Below, piece after piece: positions 27,109-38,644 of a DNA stretch of 64,000 nucleotides. The stretch is from the NCBI GenBank assembly GCA_036172245.1, contig JAYWIR010000040.1, forward strand, positions 868,001 to 932,000, in the 5' to 3' direction. Source of the stretch: Raillietiella orientalis (taxonomy: Eukaryota). The notes below the pieces were generated by a model that saw nothing but the letters and a program-made list of their open reading frames with translations, was not told the origin of the DNA and made no database searches. Position numbers and translations under genes: made by a program. The stretch's first letter is position 1. Each line of letters begins with the position of its first letter.

Positions 27109-30100
27109 CGGGGGGGAGGGGAAGGGAGGGGGAATGGGAAAGCATTAGCGATGATGATGAATAAAACAAAACGCCTTGCCTTAAAGATTCACTCCACTTT
27201 CGAGGAAGCCCTCCTGCCGAAAAATGGGAATTTCCAGGATCGGCTGCGCCCCGGCAGCCAAAGACGACTTCATTGCCGCCGACTTCACTCGCGTGCTGCT
27301 TGCACTCGCGAGAGAGAGCCGAAAAGGCGTCCTCCGGTTGAACCTTTGTTTACCTCAGTGCGCCAACGGCCGCGAGGAGACAGCAAGGAGCATCCGCGCC
27401 ACGCTGAGAAGCACTCGGGAGGGATCCGAGCACGAAAGGTCCCGAGACCACCTCAGTCTTCTTTTTTGCCCGTCTCCTAGATGCTGTAAGATTTCACGAG
27501 CTCGCCAGAGAGTCCTTCCCATGGCCACTCAGTGGGCGTTGTGTTCTGAGGCGCCGACCTCTCGGCAGCTATTGGGGCTCGCGGAAGAGCGCGCGCACCG
27601 CGCGGCGGAGTTCCACCCGACCCAGCGGCATTCGAAAGGCGTTGTAATACGCTGAAAGACGGAGGGCAGGGTGGTCCACTCCTCCTCCTGCGTTCTTCAC
27701 GGATCGTGTCTTTTGCCGCACTTGAGCTGCCGCAGCAGCTGGGCGACAATTCTTTGCAGACACCACCACCCCTCTTCCAGATAATTTGCAGCTCGGAACG
27801 GCTCCCCACTTGAATCGACGGTCCCCCAACTCCCGGATCCAGAGTGCTTGGCCTGCCGTGGGACCAACGTTGAATGGAAATCTAAACGTCCATCACCAAG
27901 GAAGCGTTCCTGGTCGCCCACCAGGATCGGGAGAGGCGTGCGGGGAGGGTCCGTCCCCCCGGAGTCCCGGGTGCTTTTGAAAGCAGCGGGTGGCCTTCCC
28001 TGGCGGCCGCTCGAAGCGAATGCGCCTCGCCAACACCGCCGGCGGGGCAGCTGCCAGCAGCTCGACTTCCGTGGAGGGGCTCCCGCGAGCGAGCGCCAGG
28101 ACCACCTCCTTCCCTCCCCTTCCCTGCTTCCCCCTCGAGTGATTCGGAGCGCTTCGCCGCGAAGAAGGCCTTTGGTGATCGGTCGGCGTCTATCCCGCGT
28201 GCGACGCCCGCGACGACGGATGGTGAGCGGTCAGACGAGGGACGGGACGCCGGTCACCAGTAGACGCTGGTGGCAGCTCACCGTAGCAAGCGGGCTGCTG
28301 CTGCGGGATGCCCCACGGAGCGGGGAGCACGGGAAATGCCTCGGCCATCTGCGCGTCATCCCTCGTCCTTCCCGGGAAACCTCGCCCATCCCACATCCTT
28401 CTTTCCGGAATGCAAAGGCGGCTAATCCTCGGGTTCCTAAAAAAAAAAAAAAAATGGGAAGGAAGGCGAATTTCCGGAGGATCGAAAACGGGAAGAGTCA
28501 TCGACCGAATCTCTCGCTTCGGGGATCGGAAGGGATCGCTCCCGAGAGATCCGGGAACCAGAAGAATCGAGTCGAGGAAGGGCTTAAGGGGGAGAGGAGG
28601 GAGGTGCCGGGAGCGACAGGACTAACCAGCAAGGGACGCCTTCCCTCCCCTGCGCCAGATCCTCCCCCTCAAGTGGCAGGAAACGGCGCTTCTGCTGTTG
28701 CACTGGGGTCCTCCCTACAACGCGCGCCGCCACCACCGGACTTTGGGGAGGGTGAATCCGAACTGTGCCAGGTGCGGGGAACGGGAGTCCCTCCCGCACC
28801 TGATAGTTGACTATGCTGCCCTCCAACCCCTGTGAGGACGTCTTGGAACTTCCCTACGGATCCGGGCTGCCAGTCCCCCTCCCCTCCCCCCCCAAGGACG
28901 TTTTTCGGCTTCTCTTCGTGCAGGACGACGCCCTGCAACCAGCCGAGGTCCTGCAAGCACTTTGCTGCATCCGAAGGATTGTGGCTGCGTGCAGCGAAGT
29001 CCGAAGGCCAAACAGCGAAAAGGACGCCGCCGAACTCGCAGTCCACTTCCTGTGGATTGCGACCAGATGGCCCCACCTAGGTAGAATACGGACGGACCTC
29101 GACGGCATCCTGCAAAGGATGGACCCTCCCCCCAGCGGTCAGTCATCCCTTCCCGGTCCTCAAAAGTATTTCTTTTTTTTATTTTGTTTTATTTTCTTTT
29201 TGTTTTTTCCCCGTCCCCCTCAGCTGCGGAGGAGAGTCGAGTCGGTCTGCGCACCCGCGACCCGACAGGTCCGGTGCTGCATTGGCCGTAGTGGGGCCTC
29301 TTAAATGTATGGACAGTTTTTAATATATGCTCGGCGTGACAGGGTGGCAACCCCCATCCACGGAGTCCCCCGGTTCCGCGGAGGAAGGGACGGAAGCGGA
29401 AATGATGTCCTTCCTTCCTAAAGGATGCTGCCGGAGCAGAGGCATCCCCGGGAATCCCTGGGCACCGGCCGCTCGGGAGGAGATCTGCAGGCTCTCCCGG
29501 ACACGGATGGGGAGGCGCTGTCGTCTCCCACCTCTCCTCTTCCCGGAAGGGCTGGAGGGCGCATCCCTCTTCATCCCTCTGCGCCATGCCCAGACTACAC
29601 CACAAGCCCCCCCTGGAAGGGGGGAAGAGGCACAGCTCCTGAGTGGCTGCTCCCTTCTCTTAGAGCGGTCCCTCGAGTCGTTTCTGAGCCGGCTTGCGCA
29701 CCAGGGAGACCCTTGGCCCTCCCCTCCTTTTCCACCTCATCCTGAGGGAGGTCCGCCCGCCCGAGAAGGCTCTCAGCTCCACGGGAAGCGTGGACCCCAC
29801 ACGGGGCAGAGGACGCGTCCCCTCCCGGGGCGCCAACCGGAATCCGCCTTGGCTCCTGGACGCGGGAAAGTCTCTTCCTCCCACCCCTCCTTCCCGCAGC
29901 CTCCGCTGGGACATTGCGGGCCATCCGTCCACCCCACATCCGTTCCTCCATGCCCCTGCGCGCGGACCGCACCGCACCGCTCCCCGTGCATTTCGTACGC
30001 CACCCCTTACGAAGATCCTGCGCAGCACGCGCCAGCGTGAGTTTATGCATACACGGAAATCCTGCGTGCGTAAGCTGCGCGGGGACATTCGAGGGCACTC

Positions 30101-33100
30101 GAGGTACAGCGCCTCTCCGTTCACGTGTACACGGATTCGCTAAACACAGACGCTCTCGTACACGGTTCGCATCTGTACAGAGATTAGGGCGCATTCGTAC
30201 GCGCACTGCTCGCACGCACGTGCGCCGTCCAGGTTGGGCACCCTCGGAACAGCCCGGCAGCTACCCTCTGGTTAGGCGGACCTCCTGCGTGCGCGCCTAC
30301 CCGGGAGGCGGAGATGCCGGAGCGGGGAGGTGGGCAGGTGGAGGTGGCCTTCACCTCCACCCGCCCCCTCTGGAATGATGGTCACAGGAGTCGGAAATGA
30401 CCCTCTGCCCCCCCGGAGCTCCCAGCGTCGCAGAGGCCACCGAGCCCCCGCTCAGAGGGGGCGGTGCACATCGCACCCACACCGATCGCCAGCCCCTCTC
30501 CCACCTCAGCCATCTCGAATGCGAAGGGACGAACCCGAGACCTCCCCGGCCCAGTCGCGCCCTTGGGGGTAAGGGCGCGACCGGAGAGGAGCCGGGTGTT
30601 CCCTCCCGCCTTGATCTCTGTGCCGCGGACCCCACCGCCGCTCCCCAAGCGCTACCCTCCGCCGCCACGGGAAAGACCCCCTTCGCACCTCAGAGGGCCT
30701 GTTCGAGACGGGCCCTGCGGGGCAGTCCGCCTCGTCCTGTGGCAACGTCCGGTTGGAAGCGTCCTGAGCCCTACAGGCGCGCACCCGAGGTGCTGAGGCG
30801 GCCTAGGGGCGACCCTGGAGTAGCGGGACGAAACCGGGTGCTTCCCAGCCGCCCCGTCTCCTTCGTCGCGGCAACAGGATGGACGGGGGGGATGAAGGGT
30901 GGTCTCGGGAGCGGACGCGCTCAAAGAGGCGGAGTCCCCTGGCGCAGCTGCCTGCAGCCATGGAGACGACCTCGGAGGGGGCAAGCGGAGGTAGAATGAG
31001 AGGGGTAGAGGGAGGAATTCTCCTCGTTGTCTGGCGACCCGCCGGGAGAGAAGGACGGACGCGCGCGCGAGCCTCATCGGAGACTCCGCCCCCGCGGCCC
31101 GCCGCACGCACACTGCGGGCCGCGCAGCTGCTGGCTTCCCTGGCAACCAGTCCGCGTTGCCGCAGCAACCAGTCGGGACCAGGCAGACCCCCCCGAGATA
31201 GCCGAATCCCCATGCCCAAGGGGTCCGGCAGCCTTCGGGACGGCCTCGCGTCCTACATCCCTTTCAAGAGAAGACCAAGCGGGTCACCGTGACGCGGGGG
31301 TCAACCGCGTTACGGTGGCTCTCTCTCGTCCCTGCGCTGCGGAGGTGGAGGGGAGGGGGCGAGGATGGCGCATTCGGCGCCAAGAAGGTCCTCCGGGGGG
31401 AAATCGGCCGCGGCGGCTGCCCGAAAGCGGCCGGTCAGACCGCGCGTAGCCTCCGTGCCGGGGGGTTCGGAGGCCACGAGCGGTCCACCTCCGTGGTGGG
31501 CGGTGAGGCCCAGGAGCGAGCGGATGCGCCGGGACGGGGAGAGAGCATCCTTCCTGCGCGGAGACTTCCCCGCGATCTCCAGGAAGGCGACTCCCGGGCC
31601 CCCGTGGCGGCCCCATCCGGCCCGGCGGGCCACTCCCCACCCGAGGAGGGGAGTGGCTCTCGTCCCACCCACCGCCTCTTTTCCCGCCCCCTACGTCGCA
31701 CCCCGCGGCCCCGTGCGAGGGCAGCCCCGAGCGAGCTCCGGTGGGAGGACGCGCCGCGGCTCCGTCCGGCCGCCCAATCAGAAGCGCAGAATGCGCGGCC
31801 GCGCAGAGATTGCTCATTCGCGGGTTCGCCGAGCGGTCCAGGGCCTTCCGGGGGCTCGGCCCTCTCTCCCCCTCAGTGCAGGAGGGGTTATCCACCCCCT
31901 CTCGGGAGCACCTTCCCTCCTCACAGTGTGCTGTCCCTCTTCCCGAAAGACGGGAGAACCGCGCGCGAGGAGGCGGTCCAGGAACGGAGAGGATTTGGGC
32001 GGAAGGGCGCTGGAGATGGGGCCGGGAGGGATGGGCGAGTAAGGGAAATGGGAGTGCGTGTGTGGCACGGAGACAGTGGGGTGCGCGCGCGGGAAGAGGC
32101 GCTGCTCCTTTTCGGTTCCTTTGCCCCCTCTCGCCACCGGAGTTCCGCTGGGTAGGGGTAGGTGAGGCCGCCTCTCCGCGCGTGCGCGCGCGTGGGGGGA
32201 AGAGGAGGAGGGGGAGGACGCGCGACCCGCTCGGGTCGGCTGGTCGTTTGTTGTTTGTCGACCGAGATGACGCCGCCGCCGCGGGCTCGGCCGCTGCGGC
32301 GGATTCTTCGCGTGAGAGGCGGACGTCGGTCGTAAATCTCCCGGAACACTACCGGGGGGCAGGAATAGGGTGCGGTGGGGGGGGGGGCGAGGGGGACGGG
32401 AGAAGATGGAGGAGCGACGACCCTCTCGCGCGAAAGAGGGGACGAAAATCCACACGTTCGCTTTTTTTTCTTCTTCTCTTTCTGCTGTCTCCTTCTCTCC
32501 TGGAATCCCGGAATTTCTTCGCCCGCCTGACGAGGGGACCTCAGGGAGAGGGAGAGCGGGGGGGAGGACCGCCAGCCGGACGCGAAGCGCGGTGGCGCCG
32601 CGCCGCATTGGCGCTGCCGCTGCCCGCCCGCCTGTCGGTAGCATTCCTGGCGCTCGACGCTCGACGCTTCGTGTCCCTGAAGAGTTCCCCCCCTTCCCCA
32701 TCCCTCCCCCTGCTCGACCCTCCTCGCCCTTCCTCCCACGTTCCGTGCGGGAGGAGGAGGAAGAAGAGACTTTCCCGTCCGACTTTCACTTTGCATGGGA
32801 ATGCCGCCGCCGCAGCCGGCCGAGCGCTCTTGCGAGGCGGGAGTGACGCAGACGTGACGTCACGGAGCTTACGAGATCGAACGCAGAGAGAGAGCGCGCG
32901 CGCGTAAAAGAGGCCCCGTTCCCCTTCCTCCCCCCTCCCCCTCGATTCCCTTCATTTCGCTCTTCTTTTTTTTTGAGTGTGTGTGTGTGTGTGTGTTCCC
33001 CCCCCCCCCCTCCCGTTCCGTTTCGCTTCGTTTTGTTTTTCTTCTTCGCTTCCCACGTGGGCAGGGAACGAAGGAAGAGAGAAGGAATTCCACCGTTCGC

Positions 33101-36100
33101 AGGTGACGGCGAACGCGCGGGAGCGCAGGCGAGCGGGAATACCTAGGCGCGCGCGCGCGCACGCACGCACGCACGGGCGCGGGTGCGTGCGCCTCGCGCG
33201 CCCACTCCCGAAACCGCTTCCTCGCCGAACTCTTTCTTTCCCGAACGACTGCGTCGATCGCAGTGCGGCACTTCGATCGACGTTACGTGCGGACGTTTCC
33301 CTGGAAGCGGAAACACGCAGGAGGTGCACGCCGGGGTCGCTTTGTTACGGAATGCATTCTTCAATCAGCATGCGACGCCTGCCGCTGCTCGGAAAGGCCC
33401 TGCTGTCGTCACCCGGCAACGAAACCGCGGCGGCTTTTGTAGATGGCAGCACCTGACGGACGGCGAGCATCCGTGGGGCTCTCCGGCTGCGAGAGGAAAG
33501 CGCGGGGGAAAGGCGGGAGAACGGGCTACGCTGCCTAGTTGCCTAGCTACGCTGAGCCGGTCAGAGGGACGGACGTGCAGAGAAGATGGGGGGGGGGGGG
33601 GAAGGGGAGGGCGAACCCTCCTCCAACTCCAGCGGGACGCCTTCCGCTAAGGAAACGGCGCACTGGGAAAGCAGCGCTCCGTGCGTTGCCAGGACACGAG
33701 CCCGGAGCGCCGCAGCAGGAGCGGCGCGACGCACACGAGAGGGGGGAGGGGGAGGATTTTCAGAGGCGGGGAACGGGGAAGGTGCGCGCCCCCGGTGCCC
33801 TACCGCCCTCCCCGGGGAGCGCCGAAGGGACCCACCTTCTCGCAGGTGGGCCGCCGGCAGACCGACCTGTCTCCCTACGACAGCATCAGGCAGCACGGGA
33901 CCCGGGGAAGGAACTCGTCTGTGAGGGCGGCTCTCTTCCTGCCCGCGGCAGGGGCTCCAAGCGTCTGTCTCGCTCCCGGGAGGGGGAGGGGAGGAAAGGA
34001 GGATCCCGCGCCTGCCCCTTCGGAATGCGACGCCTCTCCCCACGTCTCCCTGGACCCGTTCCGAGATGGGGAGCACGCGCCCGGGGGTCCGGAGGCCTGC
34101 CGAGGAGGCGACCCGAAAGGGCGGCTTCCCTGTTAGGCAGTCAGATATCCTCGCCCTCGCCGCCCCGCCCCGACGTCATGGCGACGCGCTCCATAAATCA
34201 CGCGGTCCTCCCCTCCCTTGACCACGGGCACGCGGAAGGACGAGAGGGAGATGGATGATGCGCGGGGAGACGGGAATTCTGTCCCGGACGGCGGGGCTCG
34301 CGCGGGGGCGAGGCAAGGAGCAGAGGAGGGGGAAGGGAGAGATGGGGTGACCTTCGCACCGGGAACGCGCTGGCGGCAGCCTTCCGCGCGGTCCCTCGCA
34401 TCTCCCTCCGATCGACGCCACCCAGCCGGGCACCCCCGTCGAAGACTCGCCGGAAGGGAGCGCCCGCGACATCCCGCTGCGCGAGCGGCGGCACCACCAC
34501 CGCCCTCTCTGCCCCCTCCTCTCCCCTCCGTAGTCATCCCCTCTCCTCCTTCTCCATCCCCCCTTCCCCCCCTTCCCGTTCCGCCTGGCACCCAGGGCGC
34601 ACCCTTGGGACGGCGACAGCAGCAGCAGAGGCAGAGAAGGCGCGCAGCCGACGACGGCTGCGGACGCAACCGCGGGCACCTCTGGAGGCAAAAATCCGAA
34701 CTGCGGCAAGGAATTTTCTGAGGCGCGCGCACAGCGTGCACGCCGTGCGCGAGAGGGAGGGAGGGCAAGGGGGGAGGGAAGGGGGTCGACGATTCCGGTG
34801 GAAACCAACTTCTCTTCCGGGAAAGCGCTCCCGCAAGGGAGAACCAGGAATGGAGGCGGGCTGCTCCCTCCCGCTAGAACTCAGACTCACCCCGGGTCTT
34901 CGCAGCAGATACGGCGAACCTCTCTCTGCAAGAGCGTCGCCTTGCCCTGTCATCTAGCGGCGCTCTTGGAAAGCAGACGCGGCGGAACGAAAGGAGAGGT
35001 AGGAGGGGCGGGAACCCCAGGTTCCCTCTGGGATGAGACCTACCCACCGGCACGACGGCGGTGCGACGCTTGCGCGCGCGACCCTGCCCTGAGGGGCAGG
35101 CAAAGGGTGGGGATGAGGCCAAAAAGACATCAGCCGCCCGAGTGGTGACCAATAGACCCTCGTCCCTTTCCCCCTTTCCGATCTCCCTCATCCACCCCTC
35201 TGTACCCTTCTGGCAGGAAGCTCCTTCCTGTCCCGTTTCCGAGGTGACGCGCGATCGACCGTCCCCGCTCCCTGTACGTCCTCGAGTTGCCCAGGAGACG
35301 GGAGCGGAAGGTTCGGGAGCCGCGGGCATCGCAGGGGGCGGCCTTTGTTCCTCCCACGGGACGCCACGAGGGAGGTCCTTGGCCCCCGAACGACGTGCGC
35401 CGGGAGCAGCACGCTGCTCCTGGGAGTTGGAGCGCGCGGTCGCGGGAAGATTCCTCCTGGGCCAGCGGGCGTCCGCAGGTATCTCCAAAAGGAGTTGCAG
35501 GGGTCGCGGCGGTTTACTCGACAACCTTTAGGTGGAAAGGAGGGGGGGGGGTCGCGGACACCTCGGACAGCTGTCCAGGCAGCGCTCGAGGGCGGAAGGC
35601 CCGTTCCGTGCAGCTGAGCGGCACCCGAGGAGCCCTCCCCTCCCCCGCGCACAGGGAGGCGCCCCCACAGGCGAAGGGGACCCATCACCACCTGGGGGGG
35701 CCTGACCTTTCCAAGTGGGCATTCCCGAGGAATGCCCAGGACCACTTGCGGGAAGCCAGCCGGATCCGTGCCGACTGAAGGGGTATGGGCGCTCTCATCA
35801 CCCTCTGTTAGGAGGGTCGACCCCGCTCTTCCCTACCGAGGTGTAGCCCCGCCGCCTGCCCCCCTTCTGTGCGGGGCGGACGCCTCTCCCGCGGCCGCCG
35901 CCGAGATGCACCGCCCCACGACGGTGGCCGCCATAAATCCTCGAGGCCACGCCCTTCGCCCCACGGAAAGTGCGCCGCTGCGCGTTCCGCGCCGTCCCCG
36001 CGATGGGAGCGCCTCGATTCCCGCCCCAGGTAGGGGGGAGGGGCGCGCGAGGAGAAAGCCTTTCAGGGAAGGCGGCGGCGGCGGCGAGCGAAGAGCTGCT

Positions 36101-36544
36101 GCACGGCCTCGGGCGGCGGCCGGTCCTGTCCGATCAGCACCGGCCGGCGAGGATCGCCCGGCGCGGCTCGAAGGGGGTGGATGGGGAGGTGGGGGCATCG
36201 GCGGCAGCCGGGAACAGCTTCCCCGTCTCTTCCGCAGGAGCTTCCTGGAAACGACTTCTCCCGGTTCCCTCCTTCCGTTCTGTATCCCGGGGGACGAGTG
36301 GGTCCGTCCCGGAGGCGCTCAGGCCTGGGGGCTGTAGAGACGATTTGAGGGTCCCCTCCGGAGGAGAACGGAGCCTGAGCGGGTGGAGGGGGAGTCCTCC
36401 GATCTGCTCCCTCCACCTGCGGGGAGAGGGGGGGGGGGGAAGCGCCTCTCGGCCCCTGAGAGCGCACCCCTCTCCCCCCACGCGCCGTGTGCTGCTCTCT
36501 CTCGTTCCTCTCTCCCGGCGTCCTCCCTCGGCAAGGCTGCTGAT

Positions 36545-37431
36545 GCAACTTTCATCAGATAGCCGGGCCGCGGTTTTTCCTTAGGCCCGTCTGTTACGCA
36601 ACAATGGCATCAGACGCCGCAAAAATCGATACGCGCGATTAAAAAAGAAAAAAAAAGAAAAGAAAAAAGGCGGTGCGAAGCACCCGCCGTCCTTGGACGC
36701 TCGCGCGCGTGCGTGCGTGCGTGTTGTGGGGCTAATCGGTCCCGATCGGAACAGTTCGCCAGGAGGACAACGTGTGCCTCTCCCCCTGCCGAGGATTTTT
36801 TTTTTTTTCTCCCTCCCTTCCTTCCCCTTTTTTCCTGAGGTTCCTGCGAAACGCGCGCGCGAGCAAGCGGCGGATGCGATTCGTACCAGCTCTCGCCCTC
36901 GCGCTCCGGAGGCTGAGCGAGCTCGTTTCCATGTCGAAACGATCCCTTTCTCCGCTATCACGCGGGTTGCCAGCAAGGGGCACGCGATGCCCGGCGTTCG
37001 CGGCGCGAATACGGGAAGCGGGAAGGAGGCGGAAGAAGGAGAGGCTGGTTCCGTTTTCCCCCTACGCGTGTGCCTTTTTCGTTTTTCCCGCCTCGCCAGC
37101 AGCTCGGCTTGCGGGCCGCGCCATCCCGTCGCCGTTTCCATGGTTCCGGCCGGCACGCCTCGCGACGTGGCGTGCGTTCCCTACCACCGCAGCAGGCACA
37201 CGGTCCCGCCTTGCCACGCACCCCCCGTCACTGTGTGTGTGGGTGTGTGTTTTTCTCTTTCGTTCCCCCCCCCCATCCTACCACCCCTCCTCTCAGCATC
37301 GAAGAAGATCATCGCAGCAACTTTCATCAGATAGCCGCCGCTCGCAGCAGCTTTCCCTCCCCTCCCTCCGAATCGGCGAGTCCGTTTGTTGCGCAACAAT
37401 GGCAATTAAGGCCTGCGAAAATCGATACGCG
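36545..37431 (+). repeat. Dispersed direct repeat of a three-block module (copies 36545-36635 and 37317-37431)
   Basis: Identical 21-mer GCAACTTTCATCAGATAGCCG (36545, 37317), then CCGTYTGTTRCGCAACAATGGCA (36587, 37382) and GCRAAAATCGATACGCG (36619, 37415). The spacers between blocks are unrelated. Confidence 0.85.
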
Positions 37432-37883
37432 ACGAAAACGCTTCCCGCGTTTTCGCGCGTCAGGGCTCCATGTCCTGGAAGGATGGGAGGGGCGGGGAAG
37501 GGGGGAACCGCCTGCATCCCAAAGGCGCTGCCACATCTCCCTTCTTCTTCCCTTTTCCCTCCCAATCCTTGCGCACAGAGGCGCACCAGTGGGCGCAGTC
37601 CGTCCGTGGAGGGGCCTTCTCTCTCTCCCTGCTCTCCTCTCGTCGCGCGCCGCCGCCGCTGCTGCTGCTGCAGACGCGTGCGCCCGTTCCCCGTTCCCTT
37701 TATTCCTTTCCTGGCTGCCGGGTTGCGACGGGGAGGCCACTCCACGCCGAACACGTGAAACCGGTGGGGGGAAGGCTGGTTTCTCTCCCGTTGCGAACGC
37801 CGCCGCGGCGCGGTTTCCTGATGTCACCTAGGACGATCGCAGACAGACAAAAGGAGAAAGGGGGGAGGGGGAGGGGGGGAGGA

Positions 37884-37887
<4 letters not shown>

Positions 37888-37925
<38 letters not shown>
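37888..37925. repeat. (GA)n microsatellite
   Basis: About 19 uninterrupted GA units. Further GA tracts at ~38450-38470 and ~46728-46752. Confidence 0.9.
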
Positions 37926-37929
<4 letters not shown>

Positions 37930-38112
37930 AAGGAAGGAAGGAAAGAAGGAAAAGGAAAAAAAATTAGCCAACTCTTCGGAATGCTTTCAATATGTCATTA
38001 GTGTCGAGAAATAAAGCTGCTCACCACTTGAAATGCTCACCGCGAGCCGGGGACGATCACGAACAGCCTCCCTCGCAACCGATTTTGCATAACAGGCGGT
38101 GGCGGTGGCGGT

Positions 38113-38145
<33 letters not shown>

Positions 38146-38644
38146 ACTCGCCCCGAGCGCTTCACGTAGCGGGCGAATCGAACAGCACGCCCCGCCGCCG
38201 CCGCGACCGGAGCGCAGTGCCATCTCGCGGGATTCCGCGTGCAGCTGCCCCGCGTCCGGGGCCGCCGCCTTTTCTTTCTCTTCCTTTTTCTTTTCCCCCC
38301 CCCCCCCCCCGCCCGCTTCCCCCCAAGGTCGCTTCGCCGGTGGCGGAGCGGGGACGGGCGGAGCGCGACGGCGCGGCAGAGGTGCGTGCGGGGCGACAGC
38401 TCGACGGACGATAGCCACGGGCGAAAAGGAGGAAGGCAAAACAGAAAGAAAGAGAGAGAGAGAGAGAGAGAAAAAAAAAAAAGTGGCTGATCGAGCGTCT
38501 CCAGGGAGACGCATGTCAGGACAATCCACCGCGCTTCTCTCCTTCTCTCACGCTACCTGTATTCTGTGGCTCCCGACTTACCCCCATCCCTGACATTCAG
38601 CCCCCTTTCCCCTTGCCCGCAGCTCCTGCCCTTCGGTCACGAGC

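Noticed and set aside
19546..27480. 400-490 aa ORFs around the PCGF promoter and microsatellites (19546-20769, 20399-21667, 21208-22659, 23546-24877, 25700-27169)
   Set aside because: They translate through poly-T/poly-A/(GT)n/(GA)n tracts into poly-F, poly-K or HT/RE repeats; not credible proteins.
28890..29120. Faint likeness to a non-LTR reverse transcriptase (LLFVQDD...EVLQAL...NSEK...PHLG) in ORF 28807-29304
   Set aside because: The catalytic motif is not YxDD/FADD, the spacing to the YLG-like motif is short, and no other RT motifs flank it. An RVT_1 HMM hit would be needed to revive it.
29960..30230. Patch with repeated TACACGG and TTCGTACG words resembling a MITE relic
   Set aside because: No terminal inverted repeats or target-site duplication could be delimited.
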